A stretch of DNA of 64,000 bases from Paragordius varius (lineage: Eukaryota; Animalia; Nematomorpha), in NCBI GenBank assembly GCA_964247055.1, contig OZ176054.1, positions 6,448,001 through 6,512,000 of the forward strand, read 5' to 3'. Positions 12,690 through 26,310 of the stretch are shown here, in pieces. A program made the position numbers and the translations under genes. The first letter of the stretch is position 1. Every line of letters begins with the position of its first letter. Below the pieces are notes generated by a model. It was not told the origin of the DNA. It was given only the letters and a program-made list of their open reading frames with translations, and ran no database searches.

Positions 12690-14910
12690 ATTATATTATC
12701 CTCTAAAATCATCACAATATCCCAATAGTGTTTTCGGAAAATATAAAGTTTTATCAACTTATTTAATATCATCACTTCCCATATACGCTATTGTTATATG
12801 TGGTGCACGTACAAAGTTTTAAAAATTATATAAAAAAATAATGCAACTATATTTATAATTTTGTTGTTTTATAATTACATATTAATTTTTGATAATTTGT
12901 GTCTTCTCCTTGATAAAGGAACTTGGATATCATCATCATCATCGGTAGATTCCCCTGTTCCATCATCACTCTCAGTGTCTATTATAATATCGTATACACG
13001 GTAACGAGAAATATTATTTGCCATTTCGGTATTTTAAATGTCAAAGGGGTTAATCTCTATTAAGTCTAGAATTTTTATTTTATCAGTTGCATAATAAAAT
13101 GACAACTCCCCATAATTTCAAAAATTGTTTTAAAAAAAACTTTTAGCATTTAAAGTACCGATATGGCTTATAATAGTTTTCGTTATATTGGACAACTTTT
13201 TCATGCCAGGAAATTATAACATTTACCAGTATCCACGAGTCTTTTAACACGGCGTTCTAAAATAATAACAATATTAATTCATTATTATTGGTTTAATTTC
13301 ATTTTATATAATATACCTCGTTTTAATTCATGTGATTTTATATTTTTCAGGTGAAGCAAAGATTTATGAGGCTTGGATAGTCCATGCTCTTTTTTGGGTA
13401 AAATCAATATAGAATCTATGGCAAACAGTTTTATTAGGCCGAAACATAAAAGGTATACTAATTAAAATTATACGGACAAAACGTAAAAATATAACAAATA
13501 TTATTTTCTAAAAATATCTTTATTTTTTTTGATAACTGATTGTTTAAACTACAAAATAAAAAATAGAGATGTATATTGGTAACACAATCAATGATGTATA
13601 TTACAATTGTAAGATTTTTTAAGGAAAAATTAGGTAAGGTTGTCTTTTAAAAAAAAATTTTACTTAATATTTTAACGTGGTTGTATATTTCAATTTTTAC
13701 TGTAAATTAATTTTTAATGACACCTATATTTTCTTGTAAAATATAAAATAAGTTTGGGTTACCAGTTATATCCCTATTCGTTTAGTTCGCATTCCAAAAC
13801 GATAGCTTAAGTTTTAACACTTCATGACCTTTTGGGATAGTTTTATATCACAAAGCAATTTTTAATTTTAATATTTAAAAAAGTAGGCTGAAATTAAAAA
13901 TATACTTAGCCTTTAAGGCGCATGCTTCATATTTTTTTAAAATGTTAAATTTTAAAAATATCCTTATCTCAAACTTTTTCGCCGCCATATTTTTCTTTAT
14001 TTTTTAAATTGCTAATACAATAGGCAATTGAATGTATTATTCTTAAAAATAATTATTTTTACAGGTTTCTGGTTTTTACCAGAAAAAACTTGATATTTAT
14101 TGATTTTAAAATCAGCTGTTTAATTGAATCGTGTTAGGTAGCTAATTATATTTTAGACTGTAGGATTGAAAAAACTATAAAAAAATAAGATTTTTTATCT
14201 AATGCAGGAGAAAATGTTTGATAATAAATTATTAACTAATATAACTTCAAAATAGTAGTTTATATACAGGATTGAGCCCTGGGACAACTACCCCAATATG
14301 TCATCGTTGGCAAAAAAGTGATAAGATCATGAATAAGAAAACGTTTCAGTATAGATTTCTGGTAAAATTATTGGTATTTTTGCATGTTATGATTCCCCGG
14401 GCTAGTGTCAAAGCTTTCGAGTACATTTTAAATTTTTACTTATAACAAATAAGGGTAATTATAAACAGAGAAACCAAATTAAATGACTATAAAAAATTAA
14501 TATACTCGAATATTTTCCGAACACAAATATCGATATAAGTAATCCATATAGAATCTGGAATAATTGCATGATGTGGTTTCAAATTTAAATTCGATAATAA
14601 TGTCTAAATAAAATATTTTTATCTTATTTATATATGGAACTTTGGAGGTGTCAGTTACCTATTATAGCAAACCAATATTTTTGCATAGAATTTTGGTAAT
14701 ATATTAAGGTTATATATTGTTTTTTGGCATGATTCAGCTATTTGTTATTCAAACAATAGTTTCGTATTTCATTTCGATGTCTCTCCTAAATTGACAAAGA
14801 TACTGATAAATGAATAATGAAAGATATTTAAAATGTGTACATTAATTTTTAAAAATAAATCATAAAAATAAACAAAATTGAAAGGGTTTAATTCCAGTAT
14901 ATGACTCTCG
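12690..14910 (-). repeat. Inverted copy of 27588-29570
   Basis: 13321-13440 is the reverse complement of ~28790-28920, 14521-14590 of ~27905-27970, and 12900-13040 of ~29235-29390. Confidence 0.9.
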
Positions 14911-15066
14911 CGCTGAAGTTACCAAAGATTCTTTCCAAATTTCTCCGTCCTAAAAAGATTTGTTGTTTTTTATTATGATTTCTGATTTTTTTTGCTATTA
15001 TGGATTTTTTTAATTTTCGCTATATTTCACAATGAAGCATTTTGAGCATATAGTTGCTGTTTCAAT

Positions 15067-15742
15067 GGTTGGTTGGTTATTCCTAAGTCGTAAACGACTT
15101 TTTGGATATAGTTTTCACTATTTTTTTCCCATTTCTTCTATCTTTTACCGCTAGATTGAGCTCGTTCAATGTCATTTTAGTCTCCTCTTTTATCATATCC
15201 AACCACTTCATCGGTGGTCGGCCTCATTTCCTTTGTCCTTCTACCTTCCCAAACATTGTATCTTTCTCTAGAGAATTCGATCGCATGACATGACCAAAAT
15301 ATGTTAACTTTCTTTTTAGAATCTCCAGGATGTTTGTTTTTGGCTTTATATCTGTAGTTAGATTTCCATTCTTAATTTTATCCTTCCAGGTGTATCCTTG
15401 CATCCTACGCCAGCAGCTCCTTAAAGCCATGAGCTTTTCTTTGTTACTTTTTCTGAGAGTCCAGCTCTCACAACCATATGTGGTGACCGGGAGAACGAAA
15501 CAGTAGAGTAATCTTTTTTAGTTTCAACTCCTACGCCTAACAAAACCAAAATATTATGTACTGGAGAAAAGCCTACCATTATTATATAGGGAGTGGAAAT
15601 AGAAATAGTTAAACAGATAACGTTTTTGGCAGTAATTTCAGAGGATGGGTCTTCAACTCCTGACATCGGAAAGAGAATAGGATTGGGTAAAAAGATTTGG
15701 AAAAACAAAAGCGTAGGAGTTGAAACTAAAAAAATATTATTC
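15067..15742 (-). mobile_element. 5'-truncated RTE-clade LINE with an inverted 5' segment, (AACC)n tail and 13-bp TSD
   Basis: Minus 15536-15067 encodes ..YGCESWTLRK..SCWRRMQGYTW..LTYFGHVMR..LEKDTMFGKVEG..GRPPMKWLD. Plus 15541-15742 encodes the upstream RT segment (KTKILC..EIVKQITF..DIGKRIGLGK..IWKNKSVGVETKK). The TSD TTGCTGTTTCAAT lies at 15054-15066 and 15743-15755. Confidence 0.9.
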
Positions 15743-15899
15743 TTGCTGTTTCAATAGCTTGATTTTTTATTTGCGAATATCTAATTTGTATTTTTGATAG
15801 TTATGAAGCGTGGTTATATTTCTTTGGACTGAGGGTGGAGTTGCAGATCAAAGAAGTACGATGATCATTATTCATTTAATAAAATAATCTTCTTTCAAT

Positions 15900-16785
15900 T
15901 TATTTCTATAACAATGAATATCTTTAAGCGTTTTTCTGGCTGGAATTTTTGAACATATTAAATAATAAAAGGAAACTTGCTTCTGTTTTTATTGCTAAAT
16001 GAAAACACACAGAAATGAATCAAAGTTCGAATACAATACATATAATTATAAAAAATCGTAACAAGTAAATTTTTTCAAATACAAAATAAAAACACAAATA
16101 AATTAATAATTTTGTGGAAAAAAATTCCATGCAAAAATATTTACAAAAATTTTCGGTGGTCAAGAAGATCATGGTCGACTGTTGACCTCCAGCTGAAAGA
16201 TTATATACCATAATTTCAAAGAAATGTGTAAATTGCCACTAAATTATGAAAAAAATTGAGATTTTATGAAAAATATTTTTTATTGATGCATAAGCGTTAG
16301 AGAAATGTAAAGACGGGTAACGCGTTGGACAACCCCGATTTCGCCCAAAACCCCGATTCTCAAGTTTTTTAGCAGACTAACTTAAATAATTACCGCGAAA
16401 ATATGAAAAATATAATATGTGCCTTAATTGATAGACCTCAGCAATCAAACACATATTAATATTGTGTTAATTTTGTTATTCACAAAAAATTGTTTAATAA
16501 TGAATTAAGGATAATTTTTAAAATATATCAGTTTTACATTAGTTATAAGACGCAAAATAATAATAATAATCAATTTTTTACGCTTGTTAAGAACAGATCT
16601 AACTTACGCAGCAATTTATATTAATTTGGGCTTTAGTTTGACATTTTGATGTATGCATTATCTATCCTATCTATATAATTTTCTTTCGCAATTTTCATGC
16701 GAAAAGAATGAAATTCATGACAATTAAATGGTTAAAAATAAAAATAAAAAACCACACAAAAAATAATAAAAAATTACATATGGAT
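15900..16785 (+). repeat. Direct copy of the annexin upstream region 32320-33262
   Basis: Colinear match, near-identical over ..ATCTATATAATTTTCTTTCGCAATTTTCATGCGAAAAGAATG..CCACACAAAAAATAATAAAAAAT. It stops ~50 bp short of the position equivalent to the annexin ATG. Confidence 0.88.
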
Positions 16786-18563
16786 ATGCTTGAATGCTAA
16801 TGTTATAACGATGCGTGTTTAAAAATATATTGTTAAATAAGCATATTTAAATATTTAATTTATATTTTAAAAAATATAGTAAAAACACTGAAATCTTACT
16901 ATTTCTCTTGCAAAACAAATTTACCGGCATTTCAAAAAACAGCTGTTTTTTTAAATGACCATGGTCAAAAAATAAATAGTCACTGACCTGGTCATGACTT
17001 GGTCAGCACAACCCTACTTACAACATTAAATATTATTTAATTGTGGACAAAATTTCCTTTATATCATACGCTACTGTATTAACAATTCACCAACAATAGT
17101 GTGAATTTACCAACATTAATGTACATACTATATCATAAAAAATCATTATATACTTTATGTAGGAAAAATTAAGGATTGTTTACATTTTATTTGTGTAATT
17201 TCAAATTCATTGAGGAATTGATTGAAGAAGTAGAATTGGTGAAACATTTTTAAAGCTAGATTCAAAGATTACCGAATTCTGAAACAATGAGAGCCAATAA
17301 CCTATAAATAATAATAACCTAAAACATTTAAAAATACTATCCTACTAAAGATTACGTTCCACCAGCGCACCAATCTTTAACAAGTTATCGATTGATCCAC
17401 ATTTTTGGCGTATTAAAAACCGGTCAAAACAGAATTAGAAACCTAATACGGTGACAATTCTAGCCCAAACACCAAATGTCATTAGGATTTCCGCTTGGAA
17501 GAACCGTTGCTGTGCAAAAGGACAGGGTTTATATTTTAATAACAAACTTGTATTAACAAAATAGGGTAAATTAAATAACTCATTCCATAATGCCGCAAAA
17601 ATATTTAAAGTAGTTTGTTACTTATCCTCCAATAATATTGAAACTCAAGTAGTTTTATAAATTTTTCCTATTATATTGGTGTGAAGAGACAGGCTAAAAA
17701 GTTGGTAACATGCTGCAAAAGCCGTGAGCGAATAAATAACACTATTTCAATGAAAGGGAACAAGAAGAAACGGTATCAAGGATCTGTCCAACAAAATGTG
17801 TACGCTATATACCTAGTTTTTCTATTTATGCCTAGGTTTGCGCTTTAAACCGATTATCTGTCTGACCTCGAAACGAGTAAAGTCACATTAATATACTCAA
17901 TTAATATCACGAAATCAAATAAATACCAACTATAATCAATGTGAAGTTTACCAATTAAGAAATAGCTAAAGATAATATATAAATAAATTATAAACATTTC
18001 TGAACAAAACCACAAAATTTAAAAATGGAAAATGGTTTGTGATGTTTAAACATAATAACTTTCCTGAAAAGTCATTAAATATTTTTATTACTTAAATATC
18101 AATGATACTTAATAAGGTATATAAATCAAACTTGTTATATGATTATAAAATATCTTAAATAAAAAAGGCTAATCAATAATTTTGACGCAAATAAAAAGAA
18201 ATACATATGTCTCTTAAAAGTATTGAGTGCAAAAAAAGGTTGTCTAAAAATATATCAAAGTTATCAAACTATGAAATAATTTATTGCAATGAATTATTGA
18301 AATCGAGATAAGGTTTCTGATTTCTGTGATGATGATTTCGTTTGATTTGGAACGAGTGTGGCGTTGTATTTTTGTCAGTAATGAAATTAATTTTCATTTT
18401 ATCCGTATGAAATGTTATTAAACCAAAACCTGCTGCATCTCTTGAAAACTCACATTTATTCGAACGTTTGATTCCATAAATTTTGGATCCGGAACCAAAG
18501 ATTACGCAATTTAATTGGTCTTCGATGTAGTGCTAAAAAAATTTAAAATTTTATCGTATTACA

Positions 18564-18601
<38 letters not shown>

Positions 18602-19105
18602 GGTTTCTTTTAATATTGCCAGATAGCTTATACAGCAAAGAACATTAATATTGGTGAATAACGGGAAAAATATTTTAAGCACATTAACATAGCTCTGCAT
18701 ACTATCTCAATGTAGTATTATAATGTATAATTAAAAAATGCAATAATTTTAATCATAGACAAGTGCATATTTATTGTTATACTTGCATGTTATGATCATG
18801 TCCACTGACATACAAAGACGCATAATTTGAAATTATATCACGAATCTTTTTGATCTTTGGAAACGACTTGTATTTCCCGCAACTTTTAAATGGATGATGC
18901 CCGCTCACAACTACGTAATCATGATTTCTAGTGAATTAAAGAGAACACTATTACATTCAATTTTTAAACTGATCAATTATATTAATTAAAGTATAAAGAC
19001 AAAACGTTATTAAAAGACAAATATATTTTTTGTAAACCATATTTTTAAAACTTAAATTTTCATACAACTTAGCTCTTTGGGCTTAAAATAAAGAATGGAC
19101 TATAT

Positions 19106-19180
<75 letters not shown>

Positions 19181-19566
19181 CAATTGTAAGTAGAAAAAAA
19201 TTCTGGGTTTAAAAAAGTATGGCTACACCACAAAAATCCTATGAAGGAAATGGGCACGAATATAAAAATTCTAATTTAGACATTTGACCCTTAGGGTTAC
19301 ACCCGCCTAGGATGGATAAGTATAGTATTAAATAATAAGGTTCTAGAAAAATTTAAAATTTTTAAAGTTTATTATTTATGTGGAAATACTAATTCAGGAG
19401 CCAACACAATGCACAAGCGGCATTTTACAAAAAACTGGACGGGCCGCATTCAAAAATATTTCGGCATTAATATAAAAATTTTCATATCAAAAAAAAACTT
19501 CAAAAAATACGATCACAATATACTTGATATTTTTTTACTGATTATTACTAATTGATTGACAAAGAG

Positions 19567-21162
19567 CAGGGCTTCTTAAACTATGAGTCGTGCGAAGGAT
19601 AAAAATACAATTTAACAAAAATTTTTTCACTTTCAAAATTATTGTTATAAAGAAAAAAACAATCATCGTAGATAATTATATCATAAAATCTTCTGGTTCG
19701 GAAAGACTGTTTATACCAGCATTTCTAATCATTTTAATCTACATATTTACAAAAAGGAAAATGCTAGATTTGTGATCTGTTTCCGGAAAACCGGTAGATT
19801 CATTCAAATCCAAATGTCCAAAAAATCTAACCCTAACTCCCAGTTCGGGCCCACCCCGTGTAAATAACGGGTTTTTTGAAAGCAGAAGTCCAAAAAATCG
19901 TGTCGTTGATACAATTTTCCGGAAAACGTGTTGGACTATTCGATTTTAAATATGATTATTTTTACTTTTTTGATTGCGCCAAACCTAGTCGGATTACTTT
20001 TTTAATTTAAGCTCTCTTTTTACCTATTCCGCTCGTAAAATGCCATTTTTTTCAAAAAAAAAATTTTTTTGCCCAGGGTAGAAGACCGTTAAAATTCACT
20101 GAGGATTCGAGTCATTCTCAGTTAAAAGGCAAAAATTTTAGTTTTGCGTTTTTTTAATATTGGCGCTGGGTGAACAGATAGCCGCTAAAACTGCGCCACT
20201 ATATAAAAATTGCGTTGTTTTGGAGCTAATTTACAGAAAATTTATGAAGGATATGAGCTCATTAAAATCTCGAAATATAACCCGTAACTAGGTAAAAATC
20301 AAGGTCAGCGTTTTTATTAGCCGTTAATTTGGGCCCTTTATGCCCTAAAACGCCATCATATAACGATTTAGTTTTGAGGTATTTTTTCGAATAACCCAAG
20401 AGACGATGGTATCAACGATGATTTAAATATTTTTTCTATAAAGGCAAAGAATTTAACTCAGCGCTTTTTTCATATAGGTCTATGGTTAGGGGTCAACCGG
20501 TTTAAGACTGAGACGCCATACAAAATAGGCGTATTTTAGAACTAATTTTTAAAAAAACATAAGAAGCCATACGAGTTCAGTTAAACACATTTCTGGGGAA
20601 TTAGTATAATATCATTCTTTCCTTTAAAAAGGGACCACAAATGAATTACTTTTTATATCCCTTGATCCCAGTTGTATGAACAATTTTAAATTAGAACTTT
20701 TAACGATGATTTCGTAAAACTAAAATCTTAAAATAAATCCAATGATTGAATATTAACTTTAATAAGGGACAGATTAAATATGGTCAATTTTGAGTAAATA
20801 ATTCAAAGGCGAAAACCCGTAAAAAATTAAAGACATTCTTTTTATTAAATATGTTTAGTATTATTTTTTCATCTCCATTAACTCTATTTATTGCAAATTA
20901 TTAAGAATAATTATCGGTGAGACTACGCCACACCGAAGCGTGACAGGGCCAGCTAGTATCTTGTATAAATTTACTACGAATCAGAAAATGTTTTAGAAAT
21001 TTATAAAAAATGTCGATTTATTTTTGTCATTTCTCAAAACCGAAATAATCCTGATAAATATAATAAACAAAATTTCTAAGTGTTATTTCGAAGAAATTAT
21101 TATCGTTAAGAAACTCGCAATCATAAATGGGGTCGGGAACTACAAAAGTTTAAGAAGCCCTA
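19567..21162. mobile_element. Non-autonomous hAT element (1596 bp including a nested Helitron) in intron 4 of ACP5 copy 2
   Basis: TIRs CAGGGCTTCTTAAACT / AGTTTAAGAAGCCCTA (15/16). Perfect 8-bp TSD ACAAAGAG at 19559-19566 and 21163-21170. Absent from the paralogous intron of copy 1. Confidence 0.9.
19738..20956 (+). mobile_element. Non-autonomous Helitron nested in the hAT element
   Basis: Inserted as A|TCTACATATTTAC...CTAG|T, with a subterminal hairpin CACACCGAAGCGTG (20929-20942). The 5' ~330 bp is shared with 30952. Confidence 0.8.
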
Positions 21163-24100
21163 ACAAAGAGAGATGCGTATTCATGAAATTGGTTTTAAAA
21201 TAAATTTACTTTGATTTTGTAAACCCAAAATGTGCGGAATGCTTAAAGGGTCCACCTACTTTTATTTTGGTTAAGTTTAAACTTTAAACGTTATTTAGCT
21301 TGATAAAACTAGTGTACACAATAGGTGGTAAAATTTTTCATGATACCTACTTTAATTCTAATGCCAAACTTTCCAACCATTCAAATTGTTTTTCACCCAG
21401 GACAGTTCCATTAGTTTTGCGAGCTTTTTCCTTCTCCTCGTAAAAATTGGTGTCCAACATGATAAATGAGATTGTCACATTGTCAACATATTTGTCATGT
21501 CGATACAAATGGATAACATAGGTACGTTTGTAAAAGAAATATGGAAATACCCTATTAACAGTACAGAAATTGAATTTTAAGCAAGTTTGTTATTTATTTA
21601 CTTCCATTAATATTGTAATGAATTACATTTTATATTTTACTATATTGGGCCAAATAGCATTTGCTGTAGTTTTTTTAAAAAAGTAGTAAATTCCAACCAC
21701 TCAAAAGTCCGTTTGTAGCAAAAGACAAAACAATTTACAAATAACTGCCAAATAAAAAAAATAAAATTAAATCAATAATTTTTTAAAATTAAATTTTAAT
21801 TTAGTCTTTGTAACGGTTTTACTAAGATAATGTATCTTTTTTAAAAATTCTATTACATATAAAAACCCTTTTCTAAAAAACTTTTAAAGATTTAAATATA
21901 AATAAATACAATACCAACGGCGAGATCTGTGCGAATAAAAAATTTGTGAAAGGACATCCTGATGATAATCGTGATTGCCCGCTATTGTTAACCATTATTC
22001 AAATTATCAGTGTACACATCTTCAAACGTTTTCTATCATTATATAAAGATTAGTAAATGCAAAATACATCATACAAAATGTGTCAAATTTCGGAATTTGT
22101 CTGTTTGCACTCTTTGGTAAACCCAAATTTTAGTTATAGCTGATGGGCTTTCAACATCCGAAAAAGTATAGTTTTATTCTTTGAATGGCGTTTGACCTAC
22201 AAAGATTTTTACGAATTCTAGAGACCATAATTTACTCAATTAAAACTTTGAACCTGCCTAAACAACAACCCAAAAATTTGACAGTTTTTTTATGGGATTT
22301 CAATGCAATGCAAAAAAATCCCTAAATCGTTTATCTTAAAAACAAATGGGTATAAACTGAGCCTTTAGGTGAATGAATATGATTGATTTTTTATCACATA
22401 ATATATAAAATATATTATTAATTGGAAAATAAATATCTTTTGTTACCTGAAAGCGATGATCATGTAAGGATGCTACCCCATCACTGTAAAAATTATCACC
22501 GAGTAAAAGAGCCACAGTTTTGCTCGGATCCTTAACAAATTTAGGCAAAATTTTTGCAATATTTGATTGTACATCTGATATATAGGGTTTTTTTGAGGTC
22601 CCTCCGGTATCACCGATAGCGATAACTCGAAATATTTCCTCCGAATCTAATCAATCATAGTAAAAATTTAATTTATAAAGTCAGAATTATCAATTATATG
22701 ACAACGCTGTTAAATAAATACACAATCCTGTCTTTAAATGTAAATTTTGAATTACAACAAATATTTCACAAATATTATTATATTGAAAAAAAAAACCATT
22801 AATCAAAATTCATTTCTGTACATTAATCTTTTACGCTTTGTATCCTTAATAACATTTGCGTGTAGTGTTATTCATTACCGAATTCTATCTCAAATTCTAT
22901 CATCCAATTTTATCAATATTGACTCTTTGTCTATATTCATACAATTTTATGATAGTCAGGTGAGTTTTTATATTTTTTTAAAAAACTACATTTTTCTCAA
23001 ATTTTACCGTTTTTCAAGTCATGACGGAGATGATAGGTTACATCAAAATCAAATACACTCAATTTACTGTCTTCAAAGGTTGGTGCTTCCATATCCGGAA
23101 TACCTGAGCCTGAACTAGACCATTGTTGTTGATTTGCAAACTTAGTTCGACCAACTTCTTTTGCGTTGAATGTGTAAGTAACATAATCAATTTCGTCGTA
23201 TGGAATGGCCGGGTGATATATGTTATCATACTTTTGTGGATCGAATGTCAAAGTATTTGTGTGGTGGTTATTTTTACTCTTTTTGCTTTTTTTGCTTTTC
23301 CTTCGAGCCTCTGTTACATCGAACAAAGCTACCAAGATACCAAATAAGAGAAATAAATAAAGTATGGTTTTAGTACTGAAAAAATATTTATTCATTTTCG
23401 ATTTGGAGAACACAAAATTATAATCCTTAAAAATATATAATGGGTCAGATAACATTTGTGCTGTCCTTTATATATAAACTAATGAAATGGTTTATTTTTG
23501 GTTAAAAATAGAATGTGAAATAGCTTCTCAATGTACATTATCTAGATTTCCTCACACGCCAGACTGAAGTATACATCTAGTTACTATTTATAAATTTGAT
23601 ATTGGTAAATGTATATATTTATTGCTATTTTTAATTTGATAATCTAAAAATACTCAATCAATCGATCCTAATATGGTAAAGGTTGATACCCAAGTGGGCT
23701 TATTATTATAATTAGATTCCTTCTCTTAATTAATTATTTTGGGTTATTTTTAAATACATACCAAATTTAATACAACTGTATGTTAAAAAAACATTCTTAA
23801 ATTAAATAAATATCTCCTAATACTTTTAGATAAAAAATTTGGTATAAAAAATTGAAAATATAAAAATTTATTATTATAATATTGTATAAGAAACAAAAAT
23901 CTACCTATTGACAATATATGATGGGGCTTGTTTAAGGAGGAGAGTGCGGGAGATATCTTCTAATAAATTAAAATAGAATTTGAGATTAATTAGTTATCCA
24001 ATTGAACACTGGATGTAAAATAGCGGTTAATAAATTTTAAAGAAGTCTTTCCAAGTTTTTTATTTGTTACTCGCCTATATGGAATATTAATGTTTTTTAT

Positions 24101-26310
24101 TAGATTGTATAATGGAGCGTGTTAGATCGCCGTAAGAAACTCAAAATATCTGATATGATGACCAAGGGTTCCCGTCGGTTGGCTTCTGATATATTATTAT
24201 AATTTTGTGACAGGTAATATAGTTTTACCTTTTATCAATATTTAAAAATAACTTACTGGAATTAAATTATTTTTGCTATGGTGCTTAAATTAATGATAGA
24301 TTGGCTTCAGATCAGCGACAGAACGATAAACTAGGATATTTGCCTTATCTTTTGGTTTAATATACAGGTTGCGATAGATTTGGCATAACGTTAGTTTGTG
24401 ATAATCTTTTGATGTGCTATTTCACGAAAAATATATACAAAAAAGTGACAATAAATGTATACATAAACTTTTAAACAGCATAAACAATATTTTTTATAAT
24501 AGAGCAGTCAATTAAAAAGTGCAGGTTGAGTTTGATTGGAAATAGTGTGCAAGTTTAAAAACCTCCCTAAAGAAGGTCATGTTTTTTTGGGTCAAACATA
24601 TTTATGACAAAAGATTCTTGTAATCAAACCATTTTATGGGTTAGCATATGCTGTTTTTTCTGATGGTTTTGAGTGATTGTGAGTCTATGATAATAAAAGT
24701 ATTTTAAAGTAAAATTTGTATTATAGACCCTTTTAGAATATGTAATGAGCAATTATTAAAAGCAGTTATAGATTTTGCAAGCCATTCCGCGCCAATGCAA
24801 ATGTAATCTTCGATTTTCCACGATAAATATGGAATTAGAATTAAAAACAACTTTAAGAAAATTAAAAACTGAAAAATATTTAACTATATTAGCCATTCTT
24901 TTAACTTTTTTGGCTTGAGAAGTTTTTATAGTACGTATGATTTTTGGCATATCTTTAGAAATCAATGGCTAACCCATTTAATATTTTGTTACTATTTTTG
25001 GTATAGAACTAAATATAGATTACTAGATTTAAACGCGTTAGTACCTTTCCGTAAACAGCATCAATTAAGGTTTAATAACCTTTTTGATTTCTAGTACAAC
25101 CATAAATATAGAAATTATTATACAAATTTATTATCAAACAGACTGAAATTTTTTTAGAAATTTGTTATATGCCTTAATCTACGAAACAAGGTACCGAATA
25201 TTTTTGTGTATTTAAGGTTTAAGGAAAACAATATATATCTATTGGTTTTACTAATTCGAATCTTAAGAGTATCTAAAAATTAATTTAATATTTGATTGCT
25301 TGGTTTGTTGGTTGGTTAAAAAGTCGATTAACGACCGTTAGCTATCTTAACTTCCTCCATTCGGTTCTGTCATGGCCTCTAATGATACATTTTTATAGAG
25401 AAGATGTTTTAGAAAGGATAAATGTATAAATAAATTTAATCTCATTTATCTATGACATGAAAAAGATAATATAAATAAATAAAGTGTAAAGATAAAATGA
25501 CAAGTGTTGCGGATAAAATCCATAACATTAAACTTATCGCGTAAGTGGTTGTGAGTTTAAATTAATTTATAATTTTTGTAGACTTTAAAATTGTTGATAT
25601 TATACAATAGATTTCCTATCATAATTTTAATAATCAGCGATGTTTAAATAGCTCACTCTCTGAATGATATCAGGCAGTTTTTAGATTTTTTAGGTTTGGA
25701 TATGCAGCTGTTAGAGCAGGGGCCTCCAACACAAATATCTTTGCCGTTGTAATAATTTTTTTGGTTTTCTTTATTTTCAGCTCAATTATGGATATGTTCT
25801 AAATAATGGTAAATTTTTGATTGAAATCCAATTTTTATTTTTTTACCATTTTTAGAGCACTTTTGCGTGCCGAAAAAAGCGTGTGTTAGAGGTTTAAAAT
25901 AAATTGATATTTAATTTTTGAAGGGTAAGGATGCGGATTATAAACTATTAACCGGAATTATTAAAAAAGGTATTTATTTTTGTGTCGCTGATATTATATA
26001 ATTAAGCCTTGTATTATAATTTTATTATGGTAATCTCACGTTAAATAATAATTTGGGATTATTAAATGGCTGGCGGATGTGTTTATATCAATATTATTTA
26101 ACTAGCAAAAAAATCCCATTATTAAATATACCATAACTAAATTTATCTATTCAAATTATTAAGAAAACTAAATTTAAAGCCTTTTAGTAATAAACAACAC
26201 CATCTTATTTTTTTTAAAATATTATATTTTAAAATATATATATATGCCAGGTAGAGTGATAATTCTTCTGTTTGTTGGTAAAATACAACATATTTTTGAA
26301 AAAAACTCAA

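Larger units (their letters stand above)
18281..23395 (-). pseudogene. ACP5: Second ACP5-like copy, frameshifted; exons 23008-23395, 22447-22646, 21915-22032, 21351-21551, 18783-18927, 18281-18532
   Basis: Same six-exon structure as 770-4413. Exon 3 is 118 nt rather than 125: TAATATC (plus strand) is missing between 21996 and 21997, giving TAA at 21990-21988 just before GNHD. The other exons remain open. Confidence 0.85.

Noticed and set aside
19069-19257. ORF with an IYIYIY run
   Set aside because: Translation of a (TA)n microsatellite.
22997-23455. Longer MLSDPLY.. start for ACP5 copy 2
   Set aside because: Uses a non-ATG start; the ATG at 23395 matches copy 1 and directly precedes the signal peptide.
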